From an uncultured virus (IMG/VR IMGVR_UViG_3300042429_000720) (lineage: Duplodnaviria > Heunggongvirae > Uroviricota > Caudoviricetes): a stretch of 64,000 bases of DNA. The stretch is from the IMG/VR virus record IMGVR_UViG_3300042429_000720. The stretch is one strand, 5' to 3'. Positions 19,581 through 30,286 of this stretch are shown piece after piece. The position numbers were made by a program, and so were the translations under genes. Every line of letters starts with the position of its first letter. The first letter of the stretch is position 1. The notes below the pieces were generated by a model. The model was not told where the DNA came from and searched no databases. It worked only from the letters and a program-made list of their open reading frames with translations.

Positions 19581-21308
19581 ATGGCAGAAAGAATTTTATC
19601 ACCAGGCGTTTTTTCAAGAGAGAATGACCTGTCTTTCGTAACCCCAGCTGCTGCTGAAATTTCTACAGCGCTTGTAGGACCTACCGCAAGAGGTCCTGTT
19701 AGCATCCCGACTGTAGTTCGTTCATATGGCGAGTACTTAAACGTATTCGGTGGCTCATTCAAATCAGGTAGCGACTACTACTCACACTTCACTGCATTAA
19801 CTGCCGAGAAGTATTTCGAGCAGGGCGGTACAAGCCTTCTAGTAACCAGAGTATCTGACCAGTCGTTCTCTCCTGCTACTGCTACTGTAGCAAGTGCTAG
19901 TACAACGCTCTTCACTCTTGCTACTATCGGCGAGGGTACGATCATGAACAACAGCGGTAGCGTAGGCAGCAACAACGCACTTGGTACAGGTTCAGTAGAT
20001 AATGTAAGATGGGAGATTACTTCTGCCAATTCTTCTCTCGGTACTTTCTCGCTTGTAGTTAGAAGAGGTGACGATAACGAAAGAAATAAAATCATTCTCG
20101 AGTCTTACTCTAACCTATCTCTTGACCCTAAATCACCAAACTACGTTTCTAAGCAGATCGGTGATATGTACAAAACAGTAGGTGTAGACGGAGCTGTATC
20201 AATCAACGGAGAATACCAAAACGCTTCTAAGTACGTTTACGTAGACTCTGTAGCAGTTAAGACCCCAGATTACTTTGATAACAACGGTACTGCTAAATCA
20301 GCCTACACTCCATACTTCGCTGCAGGACTAGCAGGAGCTTCTGGTTCAGCTCACGGTTCATTCACAGGAGCAACTGGTACCCTATTCAACAACGTAGCTG
20401 CAGCATTCGGATCATCAGCTCCATCTGCAACAGAATCACAAGGTATTGATCCTTCTAATAGCAGTGCTTACGCTCTTGCTAAACTAACTCTAGGGAACAG
20501 AGACGAGTACAAATTCAACGTACTTCTAACCCCAGGTATCTACGATAGCGTACACTCTTCACGAGTAGGGGCTTTTGTAGACCTTGCAGAAGAAAGAGGA
20601 GATTTAATCTATATTCTTGACACCGTTCCTTACGCAGGTACATTAACAGGTGCAACTACTCAAGCTTCTGCACTTAACAGCTCATTCGCAGCCACTTACT
20701 GGCCTTGGGTTAAAGTTAGAAGTCAGGAACTAGGAAGAGACATCTGGTCTCCAGCCTCTACAGTATTAGGCGGTGTATTTGCCTTCAACGACAAAGTAGG
20801 TGCTGAATGGTTCGCACCAGCAGGCCTACTAAGAGGTGGTATCCCAGGCGTGACTATGGCAGCAAGAAAGCTTTCTCAATCAGACAGAGACACTCTTTAC
20901 TTAGCCAAAGTTAACCCACTTGCTACATTCCCAGGAACAGGAGTAGTTGCTTACGGTCAGAAGACTTTACAGACTAAGTCTTCAGCTCTAGACAGAGTAA
21001 ACGTAAGAAGATTACTTATCAACCTTAAGAACTTCATTGGTGATCAGGCTAACAACCTAGTATTCGAACAGAACACAATCACAACTCGTAACAGATTCCT
21101 TGCTCTAGTAAATCCTTACTTAGACACAGTAGTACAGCGCCAAGGCTTGTACGCTTACAGAGTTGTAATGGACGACACCAACAACACTGCTGACGTTATC
21201 GATAGAAACCAGTTAGTAGGTCAGATCTTCATCCAACCTACCAAGACTGCGGAATTCATCGTACTTGACTTCGTAGTTCAACCTACAGGAGCAACATTTA
21301 ACGTATAA
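19581..21308 (+). CDS. Tail sheath protein
   Basis: SPGVFSRE start; WFAPAG; RVNVRRLL; QPTKTAEFI. Confidence 0.95.
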   Translation: MAERILSPGVFSRENDLSFVTPAAAEISTALVGPTARGPVSIPTVVRSYGEYLNVFGGSFKSGSDYYSHFTALTAEKYFEQGGTSLLVTRVSDQSFSPATATVASASTTLFTLATIGEGTIMNNSGSVGSNNALGTGSVDNVRWEITSANSSLGTFSLVVRRGDDNERNKIILESYSNLSLDPKSPNYVSKQIGDMYKTVGVDGAVSINGEYQNASKYVYVDSVAVKTPDYFDNNGTAKSAYTPYFAAGLAGASGSAHGSFTGATGTLFNNVAAAFGSSAPSATESQGIDPSNSSAYALAKLTLGNRDEYKFNVLLTPGIYDSVHSSRVGAFVDLAEERGDLIYILDTVPYAGTLTGATTQASALNSSFAATYWPWVKVRSQELGRDIWSPASTVLGGVFAFNDKVGAEWFAPAGLLRGGIPGVTMAARKLSQSDRDTLYLAKVNPLATFPGTGVVAYGQKTLQTKSSALDRVNVRRLLINLKNFIGDQANNLVFEQNTITTRNRFLALVNPYLDTVVQRQGLYAYRVVMDDTNNTADVIDRNQLVGQIFIQPTKTAEFIVLDFVVQPTGATFNV

Positions 21309-21339
21309 GCTATTTATAATTAAATAATCAGACAGCAAA

Positions 21340-21825
21340 ATGCCAGTACTAGATCCAAACGAAATCATGTTCACCGCCTTCGAGCCGAAGGTAGCTAACA
21401 GGTTTATCATGTACATCGATGGAATTCCATCATACTTGGTTAAGAGTGCAACTTCACCTTCATTCACTGATGGTGTTATCAAGCTTGACCACATCAACAC
21501 TTACAGAAAAATCCGTGGTAAAAGAGAGTGGCAGAACATGACTCTAAACCTTTACGATCCAATCACTCCCTCAGGTGCTCAGGCAGTTATGGAGTGGGCT
21601 CGTCTAGGATACGAATCAGTAACTGGCCGTGCTGGATACTCAGACTTCTACAAGAAAGACGTAACCCTAAACGTACTAGGACCTGTAGGTGATATCGTTG
21701 GTGAATGGATCATTAAAGGTGCATTTGTAGTCTCTTCTAACTTCGGTCAGTATAACTGGTCTACAGAAGATGCCATCAACGTTGAGCTGCAGCTTGCAAT
21801 GGACTACTGCGTATTGAACTTCTAA
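21340..21825 (+). CDS. Tail tube protein (T4 gp19-like)
   Basis: Follows the sheath; 161 aa; NRF...W..MTL.LYD...EW.IKGAF pattern. Confidence 0.9.
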   Translation: MPVLDPNEIMFTAFEPKVANRFIMYIDGIPSYLVKSATSPSFTDGVIKLDHINTYRKIRGKREWQNMTLNLYDPITPSGAQAVMEWARLGYESVTGRAGYSDFYKKDVTLNVLGPVGDIVGEWIIKGAFVVSSNFGQYNWSTEDAINVELQLAMDYCVLNF

Positions 21826-21847
21826 ACCCCGCCCTGTCAAACAGCGC

Positions 21848-21875
21848 AAGCCCGGTCTTTATGGCCGGGTTTTTT
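21848..21875 (+). terminator. Intrinsic terminator after tail tube
   Basis: AAGCCCGGTC-TTTAT-GGCCGGGTTT followed by a T-run. Confidence 0.85.
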
Positions 21876-21911
21876 ATTTTCATATATTTATATATAAATT
21901 AATAAAGTTAT

Positions 21912-22658
21912 ATGGAGTCAAAATTTAAGTTACCTACTGAAACAGTAGAACTTCCTTCAAAAGGTTTGCTATATCCCGAAGGTCATCCTCTAGCCGCCGG
22001 CAGTATTGAAATGAAATACATGACCGCAAAAGAGGAAGACATCCTAACCAACCAAAACTACATTAAGAACGGTACGGTTATTGATAAGCTCCTACAGTCG
22101 ATGATTATAACGGAGTTTAATTATGACGATTTGCTTATCGGTGATAAAAATGCTATCATGGTAGCTGCTCGTATCCTTTCATACGGTAAGGACTATGAAT
22201 TTAATTACGACGGATATCCTCAAAATGTAGATTTATCTACAATGGAGAATAAAGAACTTGATGAAAGTCTTTACACAAGAGGACAAAACGAATTTACTTT
22301 TACACTACCTCATACCAGCAACGTAGTTACCTTCAAAGTACTTACTCACGGTGACGAAAAGAAGATTGACCAGGAAATTAAAGGTCTACAAAAGATTAAC
22401 AAAGATAATATCTCAGAAGTTACTTCCCGTCTTAAGTACCTTATCACATCCGTTAACGGATCCTCAGATAAGAAAGATGTTAGAGACTTTGTAGAGCAGG
22501 GATTACTTGCTAGAGATGCAAGAGCACTCAGAGAAGAGTACACCAGAATAAGTCCGGATATCAACCTTAAGTTTACTTATACCGACGGTACAGGTGCAGA
22601 GAAGGAGGCTGCCCTGCCAATCGGAGTTAACTTTTTTTGGCCTGACGCCGCACTATAG
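21912..22658 (+). CDS. Baseplate hub/tail assembly chaperone (T4 gp26-like)
   Basis: ELPSKG, MTAKEEDIL, DKNAIMVAARILSYG; lies between tube and tape measure. Confidence 0.75.
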   Translation: MESKFKLPTETVELPSKGLLYPEGHPLAAGSIEMKYMTAKEEDILTNQNYIKNGTVIDKLLQSMIITEFNYDDLLIGDKNAIMVAARILSYGKDYEFNYDGYPQNVDLSTMENKELDESLYTRGQNEFTFTLPHTSNVVTFKVLTHGDEKKIDQEIKGLQKINKDNISEVTSRLKYLITSVNGSSDKKDVRDFVEQGLLARDARALREEYTRISPDINLKFTYTDGTGAEKEAALPIGVNFFWPDAAL

Positions 22659-22911
22659 AACCTCGGTATTTAATCAAATCCATGAGATTGTATTTCATGG
22701 CAATGGAGGGTATACTTGGGAGACCGTTTACGGAATGCCGATCTGGCTTAGAAAGTTTACCTTTGAAAGTTTGAGAAAATACTACGAAGAGAAGAAAGAA
22801 GCAGAAGAAGAAGCTTACAGTAAAGCTAAGGGAATTGAGAAAGCAGCCCCTACAGTTGCTAAGCCGAACATAAAACCTGCTACTTACTCTACAAAGGTCC
22901 CTAAAAACTAG
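22594..22911 (+). CDS. Overlapping ORF, probable frameshift extension of the tail chaperone (gp51-like)
   Basis: Overlaps the upstream gene across a T7 run; YGMPIWLRKF motif; no ATG before the conserved-looking part. Confidence 0.55.
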   Translation: MQRRRLPCQSELTFFGLTPHYRTSVFNQIHEIVFHGNGGYTWETVYGMPIWLRKFTFESLRKYYEEKKEAEEEAYSKAKGIEKAAPTVAKPNIKPATYSTKVPKN

Positions 22912-22931
22912 GGACTTTCTATTTATAATAT

Positions 22932-25157
22932 ATGGCAGACGAAACTCCAAACATAGATCAGCAGTTTATCGACAGAGCTTCGGAGATTAAATCAATCTTC
23001 GGAGATATTGTTAGTTCTACTGCTAGTTTGAATCGTGCTTTGCGAACAGCTGGAGAAAGTACTACAAATATTGGTTCCACCTATAGAGGACTTATAGCTT
23101 CTGCCAGTAAAGTAGCCGAGCTACAGGAACAGGCTAGACGAAGTAGCGAAGGCACTCAAAAAATTCTACAAGAGAAGTCAAAGATTCAAAATAAAGAAAG
23201 AGAACTTACAGCAGAGATTAATAGATTAACTGCTACTGCTGTAAGACAGACTGGGCAAACTAGGGAAAATACACTAAAACTTGCTGAGAATCTTTCTAAC
23301 GCTAGAAATGAGACTAGAGAGCTCGAAAAACTCTACCAGGAACTAGCTGATGAAGCTGCTCGACTGGATAAATCAACCCAGTTCTTCGGAACTCTTAGCA
23401 CGTTCATCGGTACTATCCCAGGACTTAGAGCTTTTGCGGGACCTTTCAAGCAAGCCGAAGAAGCTGCAAGAAGGACAGTAGCAGCAGGCAAGTCGTCCGC
23501 CGAAGGATTTGCTGCCGGAGGAAAAGCTCTTGCTTCGAGCTTTAAGGAAATGCTAGGACCTGTTGCTGTGATCACAGGACTGGTAAAAGCTTTTCAGATG
23601 CTTGTACAGCTAGGATTCCAGGTAAGTAAGCAAGTTACTGAAATCGGGAAGTCAATGGGACTTTCGGAAGAGCAATCAAGACTCGTCAGAGATAATTTCG
23701 AAAGCATAAGCATAACCTCAGGAAATGTACTAGTAAACACTAATAGCTTATTTGAAGCACAGACACAATTACAGGATTCTTTAGGAGCTTCCGCAAGATT
23801 TACTAGAGGTCAGTTGGAAGATCAGATTATGCTGACCAAGCAAGTAGGTCTGCAAGCTGAATCAGCACAAGCTATTCAGGAGTTTGGACTTGCTAACGGT
23901 AAGACTGCAGAAGAGAATCTTGCAGCGATTGTAGGACAAACAGCCTCTCTTGCAAAACAAACAGGTATACAGCTTGATAATAGAAAAGTTATCTCCGATG
24001 TTGCTAAAGTAGAAGGTCAGTTAAGACTTATCTACCAAAATAACCCCGGACTTATTGCTAAAGCAGTAGTACAGGCCAAGCAGCTAGGCTTAACAGTTGA
24101 GCAGACTAAAAAAGCTGCTAAAGGTCTGCTAGATTTCGAGCAATCTATTGGAAATGAGTTAGAAGCAGAATTACTAACCGGTAAAGACCTTAATCTTGAA
24201 AGAGCTAGAGCACTAGCACTACAGGGTAAGACAGTTGAAGCAACAGCCGAAATTGCCCGCCAAGTAGGCTCTGCAGCTGAGTTTGGAAGAATGAACGTAC
24301 TTCAGCAAGATGCCTTTGCGGACGCTGTAGGACTATCAGCAGACGAACTTGCTAACTCCTTAATACAGAGAGAAAACCTAGCTAAGCTAGGAACTCAGAC
24401 TAGACAGGAAATTGAGCGTGAAGCAGAAGCTTTAAGAAAAAGAGGAGAGGTAGAAAAAGCAAACCAGCTTCTAGCCTCAATAGGTAACGAAGAAGAAGCT
24501 TTAGCTGCTCTAAAAAGAGTTGACGAGCAAGCTAAATTTAATGCAGCTGTTGAAAAACTCAAATCACTGTTTGCTGATCTAGCAGAACCTATTTCTAGAA
24601 TTGTCGGCCCACTAGTCGGAGCTGTAGACTTCATGATGAAAGGTTTCCCGCTTATTGCAGGAGCAGCCGGAGCAATTGCCACAGCATTAGCACTCTCTGC
24701 AACCAGGGCAGGATTTTTAGCTATTCAAACATCAGTTGTAGCAATTCAGACAGCAATCGCAGCAGGTTCAGCAATTACCCTAGCTTCTGCTACAACCCTT
24801 GGAATAGGACTTGTCTCTATTGCAGCAGGCATTGCAACAGGTATGGCTGCTTTAAATCAAGCTCAAGAAGGAGCTGCTCAAAGTGCTGAACAAGCAGGGC
24901 CTAAAGTAGCTCTAGCGAAAGGCGGTATTGTAACCAAGCCAACCACAGCGCTTGTAGGTGAAGCAGGTCCTGAAGCTGTTGTGCCGTTAGATAAATCCTT
25001 GAATACTACAAGCAAAGGAGTAGAGAGTAGATTAGACGCACTAATTGCTGCAGTATCAAAAGGTGGTAATGTTTACATGGATACCAATAAAGTAGGTCAG
25101 GTAAACAACATGCTAGGTTCTTATTCATACACAATGGGTAGCGCACAACTTGGATAA
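22932..25157 (+). CDS. Tape measure protein
   Basis: Long Ala/Gln/Glu-rich helical protein with hydrophobic segments and a C-terminal GGIV...VGEAGPEAVVPL motif. Confidence 0.85.
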   Translation: MADETPNIDQQFIDRASEIKSIFGDIVSSTASLNRALRTAGESTTNIGSTYRGLIASASKVAELQEQARRSSEGTQKILQEKSKIQNKERELTAEINRLTATAVRQTGQTRENTLKLAENLSNARNETRELEKLYQELADEAARLDKSTQFFGTLSTFIGTIPGLRAFAGPFKQAEEAARRTVAAGKSSAEGFAAGGKALASSFKEMLGPVAVITGLVKAFQMLVQLGFQVSKQVTEIGKSMGLSEEQSRLVRDNFESISITSGNVLVNTNSLFEAQTQLQDSLGASARFTRGQLEDQIMLTKQVGLQAESAQAIQEFGLANGKTAEENLAAIVGQTASLAKQTGIQLDNRKVISDVAKVEGQLRLIYQNNPGLIAKAVVQAKQLGLTVEQTKKAAKGLLDFEQSIGNELEAELLTGKDLNLERARALALQGKTVEATAEIARQVGSAAEFGRMNVLQQDAFADAVGLSADELANSLIQRENLAKLGTQTRQEIEREAEALRKRGEVEKANQLLASIGNEEEALAALKRVDEQAKFNAAVEKLKSLFADLAEPISRIVGPLVGAVDFMMKGFPLIAGAAGAIATALALSATRAGFLAIQTSVVAIQTAIAAGSAITLASATTLGIGLVSIAAGIATGMAALNQAQEGAAQSAEQAGPKVALAKGGIVTKPTTALVGEAGPEAVVPLDKSLNTTSKGVESRLDALIAAVSKGGNVYMDTNKVGQVNNMLGSYSYTMGSAQLG

Positions 25158-25159
25158 TT

Positions 25160-26392
25160 ATGCCGTTAATTAATTTACAAACCAACCTCAAGTCTCTTTC
25201 GTACAACGGAAACGGTCCGTACGTACAGAAAGATATTAACAATCCAGGTAACCCAGCATCAGGGTATATTCAAGGCAGGGTTGACGACACTACTAGAATG
25301 CTAAGACTTTTAGCAGATAAAGGTGCTGTATTTACAGGCAAGCAAGCCCTACTGCTAGCAAGTACAAAAGGTCTAGGAGCTATTCCTCAAGCAGCAAACA
25401 TCCTAGCTAACATCATAGCACAGGTTCCTGTAAACGGAACAGGTACACACTTCCTACCAATTAGTGATTCAGCTTACTATACCGGGGTAACTAATGCAAG
25501 TTCAAGAGCATTGCAAGGCGGTGCTATCGGAACACCCTCAGGCAGGCCCTATAATAGACCTAGCCGTGCTGTAGATAGAGTAAGTGCCTACCAAAGAGCT
25601 AGCTTTACATCCGACCTAGGAGAGTATATCGACTATACACCCGGATTTGAATATACAAGACCTACAGAAGCTATTTTAGATGTCCAATCTAAATCAACAA
25701 TAACAATTAATAGTTTCAAAGGTTCAGGTTCTTTAGATACTAGATACGGTTTTGCAGAAGCTAACAAATCCGATAAAGTAGGCTTACAGGATATCGATAA
25801 CGAAACCTTAAGCGATTCAGTTCCTATTAAGTTTACCCTTTACAACGGAACAGATATTACAGCTACCCTAGTATTTAGGGGATTTATTGAAAGTTTATCA
25901 GACGATATGTCCGGTAACTGGGATAATATTCGCTATATTGGTAGAGCAGAAGAACTATACAGCTACTCAGGCTTCTCTAGAGGAATAAACTTAAGCTTCC
26001 AAATACCGATATTCAGCTCTCAAGAACAAACTCCTGTACTAAATAAAGTAAATGCGTTGAAATCAGCAGTACTTCCTAAATATAAAAATAACCTACCGGT
26101 TGCTACATTCTGCAAACTTAGAATAGGAGATTTGATTGGGGATGATACGACTTATGTAGTATTGACAGGAGTTAATCAGACTATAGAGAACGATGTACCG
26201 TGGAGTGTAGGAAGCGACCTCTTACTACTACCGCAGCTGCACAAACTCTCAGTTAGTATGAAAGTACTTCACAAAGATATTCCTCAAGTTTGGAGTCCAT
26301 TAGTAGGTAGACAGTTTTTAGGACACGACACAGCAGCACAGCAATTTAGAAATCAGCTTAGTACTGCATTATCTGTTTTTTATAAGACATGA
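25160..26392 (+). CDS. Baseplate/tail tube initiator-like protein
   Basis: FRGFI..LSD....W....YIGRAE..YSY.GFSR motif; position after tape measure. Confidence 0.6.
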   Translation: MPLINLQTNLKSLSYNGNGPYVQKDINNPGNPASGYIQGRVDDTTRMLRLLADKGAVFTGKQALLLASTKGLGAIPQAANILANIIAQVPVNGTGTHFLPISDSAYYTGVTNASSRALQGGAIGTPSGRPYNRPSRAVDRVSAYQRASFTSDLGEYIDYTPGFEYTRPTEAILDVQSKSTITINSFKGSGSLDTRYGFAEANKSDKVGLQDIDNETLSDSVPIKFTLYNGTDITATLVFRGFIESLSDDMSGNWDNIRYIGRAEELYSYSGFSRGINLSFQIPIFSSQEQTPVLNKVNALKSAVLPKYKNNLPVATFCKLRIGDLIGDDTTYVVLTGVNQTIENDVPWSVGSDLLLLPQLHKLSVSMKVLHKDIPQVWSPLVGRQFLGHDTAAQQFRNQLSTALSVFYKT

Positions 26393-26694
26393 GTAGATAC
26401 AATTCCATACCTGTTACCAAGACCGACGACGGAACTGAATACAAACAGACTACTGTTTATGTAGCACCGGCAGCATCTACTCAAGACTACTACGTAATTA
26501 CTACGGTAGGAGATCGCTTTGATATACTAGCCAAGCAATTCTACGGAGATTCAGATCTTTGGTGGATTATCGCTAGTGCAAACCCGCAAGTTAGAAAAGA
26601 CACTTTATTTATCGAACCAGGCCTACAGCTGAGAATACCTTCACAGGCAGGTCTAGCAGAAGAGCTTTTTAGAAAAGAAAATAGAGAAAGATAA
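26389..26694 (+). CDS. LysM-like baseplate protein (gp53/tail X-like)
   Basis: GDRFDILAKQFYGDSDLWWIIASAN...GLQLRIP. Confidence 0.8.
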   Translation: MSRYNSIPVTKTDDGTEYKQTTVYVAPAASTQDYYVITTVGDRFDILAKQFYGDSDLWWIIASANPQVRKDTLFIEPGLQLRIPSQAGLAEELFRKENRER

Positions 26695-29648
26695 TGGGAG
26701 TTTTAAGAATTGGTGATGCATTTGATAAAGGTGTCTCTGACAGTATTGAACTAAGACAAGCAGTACTAGCTCAGTCTTCAGAATTCAATGGAACTGTTTT
26801 AGATCCTCAATCTAGAATTAAGTATGTTAGTTCTAGAGTACCCTGGGTACGTCTAAGCTCCTCAGTATCTGTTACTCCTAATTCTTCAAAAGCTCAAATT
26901 TTCGGTAAGACAGGTACCGAACTTGCAAGAACAAATGTATTAGAAGGGTATAATCCCAATAATGATCCTACCGATCTAGCAGCAGGATATCAAAACACCC
27001 CACAGTTCGGTATCCGTCCAAAACCCGGTATTACTCAGGTCAGTATAAAAGCTCACCAGAGATTCGGTACCCTGAGAACAGCTAGCGTACAGTTTAAATG
27101 CTGGTCAGTAGAGCAGCTTGAGATAATGGACGTGCTCTATATGAGACCGGGGTATACAGTCCTTCTGGAGTTCGGTACAAGTACCTACGTAGATTCAGAT
27201 GGAAAAGTGAAGACGGACATGGTTCCGTTAAACCTATACGATAATTCTAAGAAGTGGACTAAAAACTCCTTACTTAATGCGATCGAAACTAGAAAAAAAG
27301 ATTACAACTACCAGTACGATGCTATTTTTGGATTTGTTAAAAACTTCTCTTGGAGTTTAAATCCTGATGGAAGTTACGAATGTACAACTTCCATTATTAC
27401 ATTTGGAGAGATTATCGAATCATTAAAGTCAACGTTTACCTTCCCTTCTACCGCAAACAGAGAACAGGCACAGGAAGATGCCAAGAATAGTAGAAACAAT
27501 TCTTTTACCGGCGGCCCGATAGGAAGTCTATTAGATAACTACTACTCAGAAAAGACAGTACTGCATTACGCTCTTACAACGCTAAAATCCTGGGCAGTAA
27601 GTGCAGCTGTAGTTTTTACTAATGCGGGTGGAGGAAACGCTCAAACAATTTCCGATAGAGCAGAGTACCTCTCTTTACCTAAAAAAGAAAAGCAAAAAAT
27701 AGCTTTTAAAGCAGGTAAGAAGGTTAAAGATTATGCTGATACATTAGCAGAAGAAGGAGAGAATATAGCAACAGGTATTCAACTATCTGCTCCTGATCTA
27801 GACGGACTTCTACAGGATGAAATAACTACATTATCCTCCACCGATAAAAGCATTCCCCAGCGAGAATTTAAATTAGATGTTCTCAATACTTTAGTAGATC
27901 AAGCTCCTTCCTACGGTAAATACATACTCGTTTCTACTAACATCACAGACCCTTCTCATTTTAAGCAACCTACCGATAGAGATCCTGTCTACATAAAACT
28001 AGATACTTTCTTGACTATCCTAAATAAGCTAGCTCTTAAAAGCGGAGCTGATAATATCGTTACTTTTGATATAGACGAATCAGGCTACCGCAGGTACCGT
28101 TCTTTTGACTTACATTTTTCTGTTGACCCTAAAGTATGTTTTATTCCTCGGAGTACTATGCAACTGCTTTTGGGAATAGCAGAAGATTTTAAAGCTAAGG
28201 ACCCTGACCTAGACACACCGTTAATCAGAAGTATCTGGCTTAACCTAGATCATATCCTACAGGTATACGATAGTAACTTTAGCAACAGTACTAATAATGA
28301 AGTTTCTATTTACGAACTAGTAATGAGTATTATGAAAGATGTTCAATCAGCTTTAGGGCAGATGAATGCTTTCGATATTGATTATGATGAAGCTAGAGCA
28401 GTATACAGGATTGTAGACCGTAACTATATTCGTATTGATCCTACCCGTCCTAAGATCGAATTACTAGGAAATAAGTCCATAATCCGAAATGTATCTTTAG
28501 AAAGTAAACTCTCTCCTAAGATTACAACCATGATTGCAATCTCGGCTCAAGCCGGTGCGGAATCTCTAGGAATGGAAGCAACAGCCTTCTCACAGTTAAA
28601 CGAAGGACTTATAGATAATATAATCCCAGTTAAGGCTGACTTCACTTCAAAAGTAGTACCGATTGAAGGTGTAGAAGAAATTGAACTAGCAGGAGGAATC
28701 CCGTATAAGGTACTGAGATATTACGACGAAGTTTATAACCTGGGCAGAATTGTTGTAGAAGAAGATCCTGAAATAGTACGACAAACATACATGGAGTTTA
28801 TCAATAGAGTTTCAGCAAAGACCGGTCGACAGGCTTCTTTTGTGATTCCGTTTGAATTAGGATTCACTTTAGACGGAACATCAGGAATGGTAATCGGAAG
28901 TAGTTTCGATATAAACCCTAATATACTGCCAGCTCCTTATAAAGTGAATAAAGATAAAGCTGCTGTAGCTTTTCTACTTACCGGAGTTGAACACACTATT
29001 AACCCGACCAGCTGGACTACCTCTTTAAGATCTCAGATGTTTATTTCTGAAGGTAAAACAGGTACGTACTTTACAGTAGGAGTAGCAGATGTACTAGACA
29101 CTGCTAGAAAACAGGTTAAGCAGATAAGCTCTCCTTCTAGAGATCTTACCACTACTAGAGCTATAGAAGATCTGCATCCTAAATTTAGAGACAAAATTAC
29201 AGTACTTTTGACCCTACTTGAGAGAGATGGACTAAACACAGGAGTTGCCGCCACAGAATGGCAACCTACTATCGGTAACGGATATAGAAGCGTTTCAGAT
29301 CAGGCTCAGAAATATAGAGAAGGTAAGAGCAAGGTTACTCTTGGGTTTCATAACGTAGTTGTAGGTACTTCAGATAATCCACGAAGAGCATCTTTAGCTG
29401 CTGATATTATAGACAGGAGGTATTCATGGAATCAGGTAAACGGATCCTACGATATTCCTGCAGAGTTCTTTAAAGCTGTTGGTAAATACGCCAAGCAGCT
29501 AGGACTAGAATGGGGAGGAGATTTCGCACAAACTGATCCAACTTGGAAAGAATATGGGATGGGCTGGGATGTTGCTCACGTACAATATGCTGGAAAAGAT
29601 AGAGCTACTCTAGTAGCAGAAGCAAGAAAAATTCACGGATTAGACTAG
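26694..29648 (+). CDS. Baseplate hub-like protein with C-terminal M15-family peptidoglycan peptidase
   Basis: C-terminal LHPKFR...GYRS..DQ...H...AADI...WGGDF...DVAHVQ; hub-like FLLTGVEHTI..W.T segment. Confidence 0.7.
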   Translation: MGVLRIGDAFDKGVSDSIELRQAVLAQSSEFNGTVLDPQSRIKYVSSRVPWVRLSSSVSVTPNSSKAQIFGKTGTELARTNVLEGYNPNNDPTDLAAGYQNTPQFGIRPKPGITQVSIKAHQRFGTLRTASVQFKCWSVEQLEIMDVLYMRPGYTVLLEFGTSTYVDSDGKVKTDMVPLNLYDNSKKWTKNSLLNAIETRKKDYNYQYDAIFGFVKNFSWSLNPDGSYECTTSIITFGEIIESLKSTFTFPSTANREQAQEDAKNSRNNSFTGGPIGSLLDNYYSEKTVLHYALTTLKSWAVSAAVVFTNAGGGNAQTISDRAEYLSLPKKEKQKIAFKAGKKVKDYADTLAEEGENIATGIQLSAPDLDGLLQDEITTLSSTDKSIPQREFKLDVLNTLVDQAPSYGKYILVSTNITDPSHFKQPTDRDPVYIKLDTFLTILNKLALKSGADNIVTFDIDESGYRRYRSFDLHFSVDPKVCFIPRSTMQLLLGIAEDFKAKDPDLDTPLIRSIWLNLDHILQVYDSNFSNSTNNEVSIYELVMSIMKDVQSALGQMNAFDIDYDEARAVYRIVDRNYIRIDPTRPKIELLGNKSIIRNVSLESKLSPKITTMIAISAQAGAESLGMEATAFSQLNEGLIDNIIPVKADFTSKVVPIEGVEEIELAGGIPYKVLRYYDEVYNLGRIVVEEDPEIVRQTYMEFINRVSAKTGRQASFVIPFELGFTLDGTSGMVIGSSFDINPNILPAPYKVNKDKAAVAFLLTGVEHTINPTSWTTSLRSQMFISEGKTGTYFTVGVADVLDTARKQVKQISSPSRDLTTTRAIEDLHPKFRDKITVLLTLLERDGLNTGVAATEWQPTIGNGYRSVSDQAQKYREGKSKVTLGFHNVVVGTSDNPRRASLAADIIDRRYSWNQVNGSYDIPAEFFKAVGKYAKQLGLEWGGDFAQTDPTWKEYGMGWDVAHVQYAGKDRATLVAEARKIHGLD

Positions 29649-29649
29649 T

Positions 29650-30246
29650 ATGTACCTGCCTAAATTTAAAGTAACAGAACCTCAGTACACTTACGGAGAT
29701 GAATATGAGCTATCCACTACAGGACTAGTTTATACAGGCTTTTATTTTAAAAGCAGTACCGGACAAGCCTATACCGGTAAAGCACCGGGAGACGGTGAAA
29801 ACACGCTTTTAAATGTGAGTAGAGATTTTAGAACAGATTTTGAACGAGACCAGCCCTACCTAACGGACTATGATGTACTTGTAAACGATCCTAATTTATT
29901 TGCTTTAAGAAAAACTTTACCTTTACCTCCTCACTATCCGATGCCTTCTACACAGGAGAGTGCAATCATGCGATATTTTGCAAAAGAGAAAGTAACTGGT
30001 CAAATTATTGAGATTTCAAAATCTACATACCAAGCATTAAAAAAGAAATCCACTCTTTACTTTCATCCAGGTTACGATATTCTTGAAATGATGTGGATTA
30101 TTCAAGGATCTGTTGAAGATACAACAAGTGGTGCTTATATTATACCGGGAATTAAATCAAAAAACAGAAAACAGCTAGAGCAAGCTGAGAAGACACTACC
30201 CGGTATATCAGCAGTATTAACCGACTTAGCACAGTTTGCGCAATGA
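29650..30246 (+). CDS. Hypothetical protein
   Basis: 198-aa ORF ending the tail operon. Confidence 0.6.
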   Translation: MYLPKFKVTEPQYTYGDEYELSTTGLVYTGFYFKSSTGQAYTGKAPGDGENTLLNVSRDFRTDFERDQPYLTDYDVLVNDPNLFALRKTLPLPPHYPMPSTQESAIMRYFAKEKVTGQIIEISKSTYQALKKKSTLYFHPGYDILEMMWIIQGSVEDTTSGAYIIPGIKSKNRKQLEQAEKTLPGISAVLTDLAQFAQ

Positions 30247-30286
30247 AACTTCTTTCGTATATTAGGAAAGGTTATGGAAATGGGTT

